A stretch of 64,000 nt of DNA from Octopus vulgaris (Eukaryota): assembly GCA_951406725.2 (NCBI GenBank), contig OX597838.1, positions 28,210,001 to 28,274,000 of the forward strand, given 5' to 3'. Every line of letters begins with the position of its first letter. Position 1 is the first letter of the stretch. Under the pieces are notes generated by a model. That model searched no databases. It saw only the letters and a program-made list of their open reading frames with translations, and had not been told where the DNA came from. Positions 11,564-25,103 of the stretch are shown in pieces. Made by a program: the position numbers and the translations under genes.

Positions 11564-12379
11564 ATCATCATCATCATCATCATCATTTAACGTCCGCTTT
11601 CCATGCTAGCATGGGTTGGACGGTTCAACTGGGGTCTGGGGAGCCCGAAGGCTGCACCAGGCCAGTCAGATCTGGCAGTGTTTCTACAGCTGGATGCCCT
11701 TCCTAACGCCAACCACTCCGAGAGTGTAGTGGGTGATTTTATGTGCCACCGACACAGGTGCCAGACGAGGCTGGCGAACGGCCACGCTCGGATGGTGTTT
11801 TTTATGTGCCACCGACACAGGTGCCAGACGAGGCTGGCAGACGGCCACGCTCGGATGGTGTTTTTATGTGCCACCGACACAGGTGCCAGATGAGGCTGGC
11901 AAACGGCCACGATCGGATGGTGTTTGTTACGTGCCCACAGCACGGAGGCCAGTCGATGCGGTACTGGCTACGGCCACGTTCGGATGGTTTTCTTGTGTGC
12001 CACCGGCACTGGTACCACAAAGATACAAATTCCATTGATGTTCATCTATTTTGATTTGTTTTGATTTTCACTTGCCTCAACAGGTCTTCACAAGTGTCAC
12101 AAGAAGGAAGGTATGCACAGGTGGACTGACTACGTCCCATGCCACCGGCACTGGTACCACAAAGATACAAATTCCATTGATGTTCATCTATTTTGATTTG
12201 TTTTGATTTTCACTTGCCTCAACAGGTCTTCACAAGTGTCACAAGAAGGAAGGTATGCACAGGTGGACTGACTACGTCCCATGCCACCGGCACTGGTACC
12301 ACAAAGATACAAATTCCATTGATGTTCATCTATTTTGATTTGTTTTGATTTTCACTTGCCTCAACAGGTCTTCACAAGT
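11564..12379 (-). mobile_element. Retroposon family C with (GAT)n tail and internal tandem duplications
   Basis: Tail catcatttaacgtccgctttccatgctagcatggg and motif ggatgcccttcctaacgccaaccac. Other copies at about 229, 14620, 19267, 25620, 48230 and 56400. Confidence 0.75.
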
Positions 12380-13111
12380 CGATATACTTAATAGATTTGT
12401 TTTATTTTATATTTAGTGCAATATGTATAGTTTATGAAACTATAAAAAATATTGATTTCTTTCAATAAAGGTTTTTTTTTTTCAGTCAATAAATTATATT
12501 TTAATTCCCCTCCATTAAACGCTAATAATTACAAATATATACATATAAAGTGCTAAATTTCTTGTTCTGTATCATGCACTCACAGACATACGCAAGATTA
12601 AATAAATATTATTTTATGGATAGTGCGCAGAAATGCACAAAAGTAAAAGAAGGTCTCTCAGGACCCCAATGGCCTTTTCCATAATTCCAACCCTGCCGTC
12701 CCATGAAGGGTTAACATGATAGACAAAATGCTTAGTGGCATATCATTTGGTTTTGCATTCTGAGTTCAAAATTTCACTGAGGTTGACTCTGCCTTTCATC
12801 ATTTTGACATTGATGTCATAAGGACTAGCTGCATACTGGAAGGTTCAATGTATCTTCCCCCACTCAACAAAAAACTGCTGCTCCTCTGTCAAAATTTGAA
12901 ATCATTATTATTACTATTATTATTATTTTTATTTTATTGCTGAGTGGTTGGTGTCAGGAAGAGCATCCAGCTGCAAAAACCTTGCCAAAACTGACCTCAC
13001 ACGTGCTTGTGCCACGTAAAAAGCTAATGTTCTGTATCATGCACTGACACATATATACAGATGCTAATGATGATAGGATTGCAATGACACTCTGGAATAT
13101 TTTGTGGTCTG

Positions 13112-13343
13112 AGGCGGCGAGCTGGCAGAGACGTTAGCACGCCGGGCGAAATGCGTAGCCGTATTTTGACTGCCGTTACGTTCTGAGTTCAAATTCCGCC
13201 GAGGTCGACTTTGCCTTTCATCCTTTCGGGGTCGATAAATTAAGTACCAGTTACGCACTGGAGTCGATGTAATCGACTTAATCCCTTTGTCTGTCCTTGT
13301 TTGTCCCCTCTATGTTTAGCCCTTTGTGGGTTGTAAAGAAATA
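13112..13343 (+). mobile_element. SINE family B
   Basis: Full copy. Confidence 0.85.
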
Positions 13344-13393
13344 TATTTTGTGGTCTGGGATGACAAAAAAGATTTAGCAAAGAAGCAACTCAC

Positions 13394-13563
13394 CCAAACT
13401 TTGAAGCAGTGATTTCATATTTGCCCGGCACCAGAAGTCTCCAATAATCACCATCATTTCCAGTCACCACGTCATGGTCAATTCCTGACACTGATATTTT
13501 GACATTGGACAGGAATTGACCTGTCATTTTGTTTTGGACAAAGCCTCGAACACCTTTATGAAT
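13394..13563 (-). CDS. CPD: CPD exon: repeat 2 transthyretin-like subdomain (IHKGVRGFVQNKMTGQFLSNVKISVSGIDHDVVTGNDGDYWRLLVPGKYEITASKFG)
   Basis: Read manually. HKGVRGFV and GDYWRLLVPG motifs. ttccag| and |gtgagt, 170 bp. Confidence 0.95.
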
Positions 13564-14185
13564 CTGGAATGTAAAATTATATATTCATCTTTTTTAGTAC
13601 CTTATAGGGGTCACAGATGCAGTTACAAACAAAGATTTCTGAATAAGATTTCTAAATTATTAACCCATTTTTAAAAAAAATATTAATTATTATTATTTCA
13701 TTGCTGAGTGGTTGGTGTCAGGAAGGGCATCCAGCTGTAAAAACCTTGCCAAAACTGACCTCACCTGTGCTTGTGCCATGTAAAAAGCACCAAGTTTTTA
13801 AATATTTGTTGACAGAAAAATTCAGGACAGCAGAAAAAATAATGCCTTGTGGCATTTAGTTATATCCTTTTATGTTTCAGGTTCAAATCCTGCTGAAGTC
13901 AACCTTGTCTTTCATCCCTTTATGGTCAATAAAATAAAATACTGATTGTTGTTGTTGCTGTTGTTGTTATTTAGCCCTGAGTCAACCTTCATTGAGCATA
14001 CATATGATGAAGGATGTTCCAGTTGTGATGATGGCTGTGGGGTTAAGAAACTTGTCTTGCAACCACGTGGTTTTGGGTTCAGTCTCAATGAATGGCACCT
14101 TGGGAAAGTATCTTCTGCCGTAGCCCTCAGACTGACCAATGCCTGGCGAGTGAATTTGGTAATTGGAAACTGTGCAGAAGAACTG

Positions 14186-14227
<42 letters not shown>

Positions 14228-14804
14228 TGTGCACGCTTGTACTCCTCCACTGCTTGGCAACCAGTGTTGGTTTGTTTACATCCCTGTAACTTAGCAGTTT
14301 GATAAAAGAGACCAACAGAATAATAAGTACCAAACTTTAAAAAAAAATATGTATTGGCCAGGTTGCAGTTGGTGCAAACTAATATTTTGACACCAAATGA
14401 GAAATTTTTAAGTGATGTAACCAGTCTTTGTGTGTTTTTAAATGGCTAATATGGCTTCCACAGTATAATGGGAATTATATATGGGCTCAGATCAAATCAC
14501 TTGCTAAAATCTATATCATGTTTTACATGTACCCAAGAACGTGAACTATCCTCCTTCTTCTCATAGGTCAATCCCATCATCCACTAGCATGAAGTTGTGG
14601 TTCTGTGAGATGCACAGTGACCTCAGTAGTGCAGGTGCCACATAAAAAACACCAAGTACACTCTGTAAAGTGGTTGGCATTTGGAAGGGTTTCCATCTGT
14701 AGAAGCCAGATCAAAATAGATATCAGAGCAAGCTGCAATCCTTAGACACACTGGATCCTGTCAAACTGTCCAACCCATGCCAGCATGGAACATGGAAATT
14801 GAGT

Positions 14805-14942
14805 GATGATGACAACGGTGGTGATGACAACGGTGATGATGACAACGGTGATGATGACAACGGTGACGATGACAACGGTGACGATGACAACGGTGACGAT
14901 GACAACGGTGACGATGACAATGGTGACGATGACAATGGTGAT
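14805..14942. repeat. 15-bp tandem repeat (GATGACAACGGTGAY)n grown from a SINE tail
   Basis: About nine units directly after a family C tail. Confidence 0.9.
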
Positions 14943-14987
14943 AGTCTACACTCACTGACTCCCACAAATGGAAAAAAGGGGACTTAC

Positions 14988-15130
14988 TTGAGCCATGTAT
15001 ACCAACAAGGAGTACTTATTGTCTTCCCAGAAATCCTGGAGTCTTGAATCGTTCGGAAATTTTACACAACTAATCTCAAGAGTGATTTCAAAGCAGTTGG
15101 TGTTAAGATAACTCCAGTCTTGCATTCCTC
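14988..15130 (-). CDS. CPD: CPD exon: repeat 2 catalytic Glu exon (GGMQDWSYLNTNCFEITLEISCVKFPNDSRLQDFWEDNKYSLLVYMAQ)
   Basis: CFEITLEISC with catalytic Glu intact. ttacag| and |gtaagt, 143 bp. Confidence 0.95.
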
Positions 15131-15704
15131 CTGTAAATATCAAAAGAAGATGAGAAACAGAGTAAACAGAAGGTAAAGGCAGGTGAGATCTGGATAAACG
15201 ACCCTCATGGATGGACTGTGGCCACGTTTGAGCAGCACAGCCTTGCATGTTTTTGTTTTTTGGTTAGTCTTATGGACTTTAGGATTTATTTTATTACTAA
15301 TTTTACTCATCTTTATTTATTAAGTCATTGTTTATTAAAATTTCATTTTTACATAAATGGATGTGATCCAGTTTACACTGACACACACAGAGGCAGATGG
15401 ATTGATAGATACAGAAAGAGAGAAAAAAGCTAGACAGACAGATAGCTATGTAGATAGAAAGGTAGATATATAGACACTGAAAGAGATCGAGAGACAGACA
15501 GGTTGATATCTAGATAGATACATAGACAGGCAAGCAGGAAGGCAGGCCATCTGGTTGACCTATCAATAGATAGACAGACAGATATGGATAGATAGATAGA
15601 TAGCATGGATTATATAGTTTGACAGGAACCAAAAGGTCGGGTTAATTCCATTATAACAAGGGAATGAATGATAAGGGATAAGAATTTTCTCCCATACCCT
15701 AGAA

Positions 15705-15934
15705 CATCATTTCTCAACTTGGGGCACCCTGGGGTTTCACAAAAGGTTCCTAGGGGTTCCGTGAGAAAGAGTGAGATAAGCTAATACTAATTTCATGATC
15801 ATAATATACATGCACAACATATTATTGTTTATTGTAATATTATAATATAGACATCATCTTATCTAACCTATTATGCTATCAAAAAATATAACAACCATTG
15901 GGGATATATTTAGTGATGTCTGTAATTTATGGAC

Positions 15935-15996
<62 letters not shown>

Positions 15997-16124
15997 ATTT
16001 ACCATGTGAACTACGATTAAATAATGAGAAAGATATGGTATATATTTTTTTTTATGCAGGTGTTCTTTGAGACATGTAATTTATTTTAAGGATTACGCAA
16101 GGGTAAAAAGGTTGAGAAACACTG
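15705..16124. mobile_element. hAT (Charlie/Buster-type) MITE
   Basis: TIRs catcatttctcaac / gttgagaaacactg. 8-bp TSD ccctagaa / ccctagag with central TA. Confidence 0.78.
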
Positions 16125-16224
16125 CCCTAGAGGGTCCCTCATCTTTTTAAAATAAAATATATAGTAGCAAAAAAAAAAGGTTACAACAACTTGCACTTCA
16201 GGACTAATTAAAATAATAATAATA

Positions 16225-16500
16225 ATGAAATTATTGTATACAGTGCTCAGGTGCACCACAACATGTCAAAAAGTGCGTATAAAGCATATGCAGTAATGTA
16301 CAAATGTCTGGAAAGCGAACAGTGTATGAGTCAGATACATGCTTATGTGTATATGGAGGGGAGAAAATCAGGTGTAGTGTTGACGAATCGCAGGAAGCAT
16401 GGAAGTTTTGAAGGATGCAGTGCTCCGACAACTAACAAATGATGCCGGCAGTCTGTTCCATGCTTCAGCACTCTTAGCATGAAAAAATGTTTCCGAAAGT
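16225..16500 (-). mobile_element. CR1-clade LINE 3-prime fragment (same family as 30188-30980)
   Basis: Reverse complement of the same tail (ttgtatacagtgctcaggtgcac) and of the FRKHFF.LRVAEAWN.LP region. Confidence 0.75.
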
Positions 16501-16745
16501 ACAGTGCCACATAAAACCAAATTACACGACATCTTGAAAGTCAATTATAATTCCACAGTTATCTCCCTTGTCTCTCAACCCAACGTACTCATTAACCTCA
16601 ATGGGTTTTTTTTTTCTCTTTCCTCATTACGGCTATATTTTTGATTAATAAAAAAAAAATATTTTCTTGGTTGATTTAGTCTATTAGCCCTGAACTAACA
16701 ATAAGATGAAGTTATGTCAAAAAAGCCGTAGACCGACAGACTCAC

Positions 16746-16842
16746 CTGATAAACTATACCATTCTGCACCATTGGTTATACCACCAAGAAATCCTTTAGA
16801 GACTTTGTCGCATTTCTCCCCTTTGTACATCTTTCGATGAGC
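16746..16842 (-). CDS. CPD: CPD exon: repeat 2 ([33 protein letters not shown])
   Basis: GITNGA.WY motif. ttgaag| and |gtgagt, 97 bp. Confidence 0.93.
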
Positions 16843-16889
16843 CTTCAATGGAAACAAAACACTAACAGTCAGGAGCTGCACACACTTGG

Positions 16890-16890
16890 A

Positions 16891-16944
<54 letters not shown>

Positions 16945-17470
16945 TATATATATATACATACACACCACATATATATACACATATATATATATATATACAT
17001 ACACACATATACATACATACATATATATATATATACATACACACATATACATACATACATATATATATATATACATACACACATATATATATATACATAC
17101 ACACATATACATACACACATATATATATATACATACACACATATACATACATATATATATACATACACACACATACATACATATATATATACATACACAC
17201 ACATACATACATATATATATACATACACACACATACATACATATATATATACATACACACACATACATACATATATATATACATACACACACATACATAC
17301 ATATATATATACATACACACACATATATATATACATACACACACACATATACATACATATATATATACATACACACACACATATACATACATATATATAT
17401 ACATACACATACATACATACACACAGATACATACATACATACACACACATACGTACGTACGTATGTATGT
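16890..17470. repeat. Compound TA/CA microsatellite with 30-bp higher-order unit
   Basis: Visible directly. Confidence 0.9.
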
Positions 17471-17746
17471 ATTTTATTTTCTGCTTGTCCCAGTCATTGG
17501 ATTGCAGCCAAAGTGGGACAGAAAGATGGTGTCTTGTAGGACAAGAGAGACATGGCTATTCCGGTTGGAAATGGATAGAAGATGATTGAAGGGATATCAG
17601 GACATAGCCCCAAGAGACAGGAAGGGGAAGACAAAGAGTCCAGAGGAATGGACAAGATAAATGGATGGGTAAGTTTGTGAAGACGGAAAAGTTGTCAAAA
17701 GGAAGATGAACTTAAGTAGAAAAAAACAAAAACAATACAATGTGGA

Positions 17747-18147
17747 GGCGCAGGAGTGGCTGTGTGGTAAGTAGCTTGCTAACCAACCACATGGTTCCGG
17801 GTTCAGTCCCACTGTGTGGCATCTTGGGCAAGTGTCTTCTGCTATAGCCCCGAGCCGACCAATGCCTTGTGAGTGGATTTGGTAGACGGAAACTGAAAGA
17901 AGCCTGTCGTATATATGTATATATATATATGTGTGTGTGTGTTTGTCCCCCTAGCATTGCTTGACAACCGATGCGGGTGTGTTTACGTCCCCGTCACTTA
18001 GCGGTTTGGCAAAAGAGACCGATGGAATAAGTACTGGGCTTACAAAGAATAAGTCCTGGGGTCGATTTGCTCGACTAAAGGCGGTGCTCCAGCATGGCCG
18101 CAGTCAAATGACTGAAACAAGTAAAAGAGTAAAAGAGAAAAGAGTAA
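17747..18147 (+). mobile_element. SINE family A
   Basis: Near-identical to 922-1329. Confidence 0.85.
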
Positions 18148-18164
18148 TGCAATCTAATACGTAC

Positions 18165-18448
18165 GAATGAATAAGATTTGGCCAACATTTTGAAGACTTT
18201 GTCATCTGGAGATTTGCTGTATTTACTTTCTTTATTGCGAGTGTTGTCAAATGGATAACTGGCAACCAAGGAACCACCATGTAGATTGGCAGACAGTACA
18301 AATGGGATTGACTTAAACCAGGCCATTACGGCTTGGGTTTCTGGCTCGTGTGTCCTTATGACAGATTTCTCATCAAACTGGTCGGGGAAATTCCGGTTCA
18401 GATCTATGTCGTGAGCATTAGCGCGTCCTTTGAGGTAGGATAAGAACC
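18165..18448 (-). CDS. CPD: CPD exon: repeat 2 ([18 protein letters not shown]...[19 protein letters not shown]...LAKSYSF)
   Basis: DLNRNF and ANLHGG..VASYPFD motifs. caacag| and |gtacgt, 284 bp. Confidence 0.95.
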
Positions 18449-18653
18449 CTGTTGGAGGAAATGTTAAATTTTTTGAGAAAAAATAGAAAATGGAATTCAG
18501 AAAGGAGAAAAGAAATTAAACGGGAGGATGGGGTGGGGGATATTGAAAAAATAAAAAGAATAAAAGAAAGGAAAAAAATAAATAAGAGATTTCATTGAAA
18601 AGTATTTGAAATGAAAAATAATCAATAAGGGGGAGACAAATGTGGTTGCTGTA

Positions 18654-19024
18654 TTTACCTCCCCCTTAGCAAAGGCGGAGGTATTGTTTTCAGTTGTGTT
18701 TGTTTGTTTGTCTGTGGACAAGATATCTCAAGAACCTCTGCATGGATTCGGATGAAACTTTCAGGGATGTTTGGCCTTGTGACTGACACAAACTGATTAG
18801 ATTTTGGGATGAATCCAGTACCGGACAAAGATTCTGGATTATTTTTCCGTTTTTTTTTACTTAATTTTTGAGAGCAGTCGGGTTCATTTTTAGTATTTTT
18901 GTTTGTGAGAGCAGTCGAGTTTATTTCAGATATTCTCATTTTAAAAATAATCTCTGGCTAATCGTTGAGAAGACGTTGGTGTTGCCTTGGCAGAGGTTTG
19001 AGCTCTCTGAGTGCTCTTGTTAGT
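18654..19024 (+). mobile_element. Helentron-associated interspersed element (HINE/DINE-1-like)
   Basis: 5-prime ttacctcc with nearby ggcggaggta, (GTTT/GTCT)n microsatellite, subterminal ggcagaggt, short 3-prime hairpin, ends in TAGT. Confidence 0.65.
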
Positions 19025-19100
19025 AGTTTTGCTGTTATTTTGCTGTGTTTGATGTCTTATTCTTTAGCTTCTAGTTAACTTTGGCGAGCAGACTTACAAA

Positions 19101-20311
19101 AACCTTTAGCATTCAAATCAACCCCACTTGGCCTCATCATTCTACTCATTTTCTGTTCAAACTGACCAGATCCAGCTTCTCACACATATCCTACAGTCTA
19201 AAAATAAACAATCACATCAGGCATTATTTCAAAGCTATGAAATAATGCATGATTAATTCAAAACAATCATCATCATCATCATCATCATTTAACGTCTGCT
19301 TTCCATGCTAGCATGGGTTGGACGGTTCAACTGGGGTCTGGGGAGCCCGAAGGCTGCACCAGGCCAGTCTGATCTGGCAGTGTTTCTACAGCTGGATGCC
19401 CTTCCTAACACCAACCACCCCGAGAGTGTAGTGGGTGATTTTATGTGCCACCGACATGGGAATAAATAAGCATTACATTTGACAGAATAATCTGAAGGCT
19501 AAAGGCCATATCCGGCCAAAATATTCCCTCTGTTTTATGCTCAAAACAAGATCCAGCCTCTCCCATCTATCTTATAATGTCATTCTAAAAGTAAACAATT
19601 ACATCATTGATATCTCAAATCTACAAGGAATGCATAATTAATCCAAAACAATGTGAATAAATAAGAATTACATTTGACAGAGTAATCTGAATGCTAAAGG
19701 GTTACTGTTTAAACTAGCCAGATCCAACCTCTCACACCTACCCTACAATGTCATTCTAAAAATATTCAATCACATCATTGAAATCTCAAAGCTACGAGAT
19801 AATGCATGATTAACCCATGCTAGCATGGAAAGCGGACGTTAAATGATGATGATGATGAACCCAAAACATTTTGAATAAATAAGAATTACATTTAACAGGA
19901 TAATTAGAACAGTAAACGGTTAACACTGTAGCACTTAAACTGGTCATATCCGATCAAAATATTCTCTGTTTTATTTTTAAACCAGCCAGCTCTTGCCTCT
20001 TGTACACACCCTATGATTTCATTCTAAAAATAAATAATCACATCATCAAAATCTCTAAGCAATGAGATAGTGCATGATCAAGACAACAGGAATTAATAAG
20101 CATTACATTTGACTGAGTGATCTGAGTGCTAAAGGGTTACTGTTTAAACTAGCCAGATCCAACCTCTCACACCTACCCTACAATGTCATTCTAAAAATAT
20201 TCAATCACATCATTGAAATCTCAAAGCTACGAGATGATGCATGATTAATCCAAAACATTTTGAATAAATAAGAATTACATTTAACAGAGTAATCTGAATT
20301 CTAAAAGGATA
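19101..20311. repeat. Tandem array of about five copies of a second TTAA-type MITE, interrupted by SINE pieces
   Basis: Recurring terminus aatctgaatgctaaagggtta at about 19505, 19703, 19922, 20138 and 20311. Start cctttagcattca is its inverted repeat. Confidence 0.75.
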
Positions 20312-20519
20312 AAACTATTCCAACCACAACTAACCTTCCATTTAGGTATAATTTGAGAGAAATTTAGCTGCAATTTCTAACACATTAAGCACTGACCATG
20401 AAGACCACTACCCTTCACACGCCCCACTACCCCCACCCCACCACAACTAAAAAATAGAAATCTCAAGAATAGGTGAAGGAAAAAAAAAATCACAAAAATA
20501 AATAAATTTTCATACTGAC

Positions 20520-20714
20520 CCCTCCTTGTGGAGTTCTCAAAGCCGTCTGGATTCATGGAAGGCATCAAGTGAATCCTGATTGTGTTAACCAAACTTGTTA
20601 ACAGAGAATTCCTGCCATAGTTCTCACAGAGTAACTGTGCCAGGAACAACAGCATTTCACGTCCAACAGCCTCGTTGCCATGCATATTAGCAATGTAGCG
20701 GAATTCAGGTTTGC
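20520..20714 (-). CDS. CPD: CPD exon: repeat 2 zinc-binding motif ([22 protein letters not shown]...[14 protein letters not shown])
   Basis: HGNE zinc ligands, MPSMNPDG motif. ttgcag| and |gtcagt, 195 bp. Confidence 0.95.
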
Positions 20715-20782
20715 CTGCAAATTAGAAGATAGGGCTCAAGATGGCTACTAAATAATAATAATAATAATGATCTTAATGATCA

Positions 20783-21340
20783 AAGTGACACTGGGGTAAA
20801 ATATACGAAGCCCAATATACCCATCATGACTACTCGTCTGATAAGTGTACACTAGGCACATGCATCACAACCATATATGTGCGACATGGTGATCTCATAT
20901 CAAGATAAACAGCACATGACCTTGCAGGTGGGGGCCCAGTCAGAATTTTCTTCTGGTCGAGTAGCCCATCCCGCTCAAAAGGTCCCTGAATAAGGATTGT
21001 TTAAGGATGTTGAACAAACCACCCATGTTTCCAAAGATGAATTATCAAAACTTGTAAGAATTCCTTTCAACACACGGCTATGATGCTCCCCCACTACTTC
21101 TGCTCGTGATCAGAGATGCACATGTCGTCAACCACCAAGGGACATTCTCAACTGGTTAAGGTCAAACAACTGACAAGAAAATCTGTGGTATTGAGCAGAA
21201 TATTTGCTGTAGCCCATCTTTTATACCAAGACAAAACAATGTACATGATGACACTTCCAATCAGTTAAGATCAGAAGCCATGAGAGCCAGTGCCTGGTAC
21301 TGCATCTGGGCATTAGTGCCCTGATGCAGTACCAGGCAAT
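20783..21340. mobile_element. Unclassified interspersed repeat of about 550 bp between (AAT)n tracts
   Basis: Inverted copies at about 27443-27703 and 44433-44880. Ends in a small palindrome at 21291-21338. Confidence 0.6.
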
Positions 21341-21737
21341 TATTATTATTATTATTATCCTTGAACTTGCAGAATCATCAACATGCCAGGCAAAATAATT
21401 TGTGGCATTTCATCCACCTTGAGGATCTGAGTTTAAATTCTGCTGAGGTCGGCTTTGCCTTTTATCCTTTCGGGGTCAATAAAATAAACAATTTTTCACT
21501 GGGTTCAATATAATCGACCAGTCCCCTTCCCAAATTTCAGGCCTTGTACCTAGAGTAGAAAGCATCATTATTATTACGATAAAGATAATGGATTGGTAAA
21601 ATTGTTTGATTCACAGATAGAACACCCTGGGGCATTTGCTTTGATTTTTTTTTTTTTTTGTTATGTTGTGAGTTCAAATCCTGCCAGATAATTTTATGAA
21701 TAGCTCAACACATCGGAACAAAAAAACAAAACCTTAC

Positions 21738-22057
21738 CTGGCATATGAACTCCAGGCTTGTTAGTTATTTCTAACACCCAAAGATCTCGCTTTTGAACGG
21801 ACTTGCCCAAGGAGTAAAGTCGAGTAATATGAGGGCATCTGTCGACAATAGTCTTCAAGAGGTCTTCAAGTTCCTGAAAGTGATGATATTCAAATATTGT
21901 TGGTTCCCGAAACTGCAAATTCTGGCGAGTGTCTGTAAATTCCAGCTTTTCTATCTCTTCAATGAGCCACTGTATACTCCCAGGCTGAGATTGAACTGAC
22001 GACAGAGACCTTTGCTTTGTAACGGAAAACTCTGTTGGTACTACGGAGGGATTGTCG
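21738..22057 (-). CDS. CPD: CPD exon: linker and start of CP repeat 2 (...EPTIFEYHHFQELEDLLKTIVDRCPHITRLYSLGKSVQKRDLWVLEITNKPGVHMPG)
   Basis: Typical M14B N-terminus YH.....CP.ITRLYSLGKSV..RDLWVLEI. tttcag| and |gtaagg, 320 bp. Confidence 0.93.
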
Positions 22058-22340
22058 CTGAAAGCAAAAAACAAAAACACAAATAGGCACCAGCATGACT
22101 GCGTGGTTGAGAAGCTCATTTTGAAACTGCAGGGTTTTGGGTTCAGTCCCATTGCACAGCACCTTCGGTAAGGGTGAGCCCCAGGTTGACCTAGGTCTTG
22201 TGAGTGAATTTCATAGACAAAAACTTGTGTGTGTATGTGTGTGTGTGTGTATGTGTGTGTGTAAGTTACAGGGATGTAAGCACACCAACACCGGTTGTTG
22301 AGTGGTGGTGGGGACAAACACAGACACAAAGATACACACA

Positions 22341-22386
<46 letters not shown>

Positions 22387-22667
22387 CACACACACACACG
22401 CACACACATATCTAGTATATAAGACAGGCTTCTTTTAGTTTCTGTTTACCAAACCCACTCAAATGCTTTGATTGGCCAGAGGCTATAGTGGAAGACACGT
22501 GCCATGCAACACAACTGAACTCGGAACCATGTGGGTGGAAAGCAATCTTACCACAATTCTGATAATTTTTCCATTAATTATTAAAGTGGAAAAATTATCA
22601 GAAAAGTCATTTCTATTAATTTTTCCAAATATATAATACAGTATCAAGGACTTTCTATTTCTTATTC

Positions 22668-22699
<32 letters not shown>

Positions 22700-22702
<3 letters not shown>

Positions 22703-22994
22703 CGTCACTGACATGGCTATCAGATGTTGCTACACATCGCTGGTCACAATGCGCTTCGCATTGTTTTAGCCTTCAAATGACGCCACCCCACTGGCTAAGC
22801 GAGCAGGCCAACATAAGAAAGAGTGAGAGAAAGTTGTAGCGATAGAGTACAGCAGGGATCGCCACCAACCCCTGCCGGAGCCTCGTGGAGCTTTGGGTGT
22901 TTTCGCTCAATAAACACTCACAACGCCCGGTCTGGGAATCGAAACCGCGATCCTCCGACTGCGAGTCCGCTGCCCTAACCACTGGGCCATTGCC
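22700..22994 (-). mobile_element. SINE family D
   Basis: Reverse complement of the family D head at 22880-22994. Confidence 0.75.
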
Positions 22995-23036
22995 GTTTCT
23001 CGTTGTGTTCTACATTTATTTGTGGTGTCCTGTACT

Positions 23037-23082
<46 letters not shown>

Positions 23083-23139
23083 TGTATATATACATATATG
23101 TATGTATGCATGCATATGTTTTATTTGTTAAATTGTTAT

Positions 23140-23174
<35 letters not shown>

Positions 23175-23541
23175 ACACTTCATTTTGGGATTTGGTTTCC
23201 AAGATTCTTTACGTGAGTTTGTGTGTTGAAGCATATTTTGTTGTGTCTGGGGAGGGTCATACTCTTTTAGTGCCTTATTATTTAGCACACTCACTGGTAA
23301 AGTTTCCACTCATTTACTTGTTTATTTTTCCTATAAACAAATAAATAAATGAGTGGAGACTTTGCCAGTGAGTGTGTTAAATAATAAGGTAATGGTGGTG
23401 ATCCCAGAACTAGGCACAAAGGGTTAGTAAGTTTACTAGTAACAACAGCAGCAGCAGCAGCAGCAGCAGTCACAACACCACCACCAACAACAACAATGAC
23501 AACAGCAACCTCTACCACCATCACCACCAACAGCAACAGCA

Positions 23542-23885
23542 GGAGGCACAATGGCCCAGTGGTTAGGGCAGCAGACTCGCAGTCGGAGGATCGCAATTTC
23601 GATTCCCAGACCAGGCGTTGTGTGTGTTTATTGAGCGAAAACACCTAAAAGCTCCATGAGGCTCTGGCAGGGGGTGGTGGCGACCCCTGTTGTACTCTTG
23701 CGACCCAATTTTCTCTCACTCTTTCTTCCTGTTTCTTGTCCCCCGACTTCCTATGCAACCGCTGAGCCTGGATGCGCATTCATCCATCCGTCGATGCTCT
23801 CGGTGTCGGAGGTTGACCTGCTTTCTCTTCTGCGGGTCTTATGAATAGCAAAGGACCACGAAGACCGTTCGCTCAACAGCAACAG
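23542..23885 (+). mobile_element. tRNA(Arg)-like SINE family D
   Basis: Head ggaggcacaatggcccagtggttagggcagcagactcgcagtc...ttcgattccc with (CAA/CAG) tail. Confidence 0.75.
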
Positions 23886-24003
23886 CAGCAGCAGCAGCAA
23901 TGACAACAACAACAACAACAGCAACCACTACCACCATCACCACCACCAACAACAACAACAGCAGCAACAACAACAAAAACAAGAACAGTAGCAACAACAA
24001 AAT

Positions 24004-24045
<42 letters not shown>

Positions 24046-24349
24046 GAGGGGAGGACTTTCATCTGTTTGAAAATAAGGCACCATGTAACTTTTCCTCCCC
24101 TTTCTCCTACCACCGCTATGGATCTGACCCAAACAAGAAGGAAAAAAGGAAGTGGTGGTGATGGGAAGAGGAGGAAATGGCTCAATTTCCCCCTAATAAC
24201 AACGGTTAAAATAATCAGTAATTGAAGCTAATTGGGGAGACAAAAAATTAATGTTTGTCATTAATTATTTGAACAGAGAACATTGAAAGGAATTAATTAA
24301 CCACTGGAAATGACTCCAAATTAGCTTTAGACAAATTATGGAGGGAGTG

Positions 24350-24630
24350 GCATTGGTGGTGACGGTGGAGGTGGTGGTGATGGTGACGGTGGAGGTGGTG
24401 ATGATGGTGGTGGTGGTGATAGTGATGATGGTGATGATGGTGGTGGTGGTGGTGGTGGTGGTGATGATGGTGGTGGTGATGATGATGATGATGGTGGTGG
24501 TGATGGTGGTGGTGATGATGGTGGTGGTGATGATGGTGGTGGTGATGATGGTGGTGGTGATGGTGGTGGTGGTGATGATGGTGGTGGTGATGATGGTGGT
24601 GGTGGTGATGATGGTGGTGGTGGTGATGGT
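24350..24630. repeat. (GGT/GAT)n trinucleotide repeat
   Basis: Visible directly. Confidence 0.92.
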
Positions 24631-25103
24631 CTTGATAGTGGTGACAATGGTTCATTGTAAGGGTGGTAGTGGTGGTGGTGGTGATTGGAGATAATGATGG
24701 TGGAGGCAGTGGAATGGTAGTGATGGTCATGGTGGTGGTGGTGGTTGTTGTGGCAACACTGGTAGTTATGAATGTGGTGGTTAGGGTTGTGGTTGTTGTG
24801 GTGGTGGCCATGGCCAGTAAGCAAGTGGGAGTGGCACCCACAGTGGTGGTAATGGTTGGGATGGTGGTAGTGATGACAGCAGCAGCATGGAGCAATGGTG
24901 GTGGGCAATGGTTACAAGAGCAGCAACAGAGCAGAGGAAGACCTCAAACCCTTTACTTTAGAAGAATTAACAACACAACCATTCTAGTTTCCTCATCTGA
25001 TTTCAAATAATGTTGTCCCTGCCTCACCACCACCACCACTAATAGCACCATCATCATCATCTGTCTGAAACCCAAGATAATGAATTGCAGTGTGACAATG
25101 TAT

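Noticed and set aside
16717-17589. Long YI/HT/CV-rich ORFs (also at 37.3-38.0, 53.4-54.2 and 57.4-58.6 kb)
   Set aside because: TA/CA microsatellites. Only 16746-16842 is a real exon.
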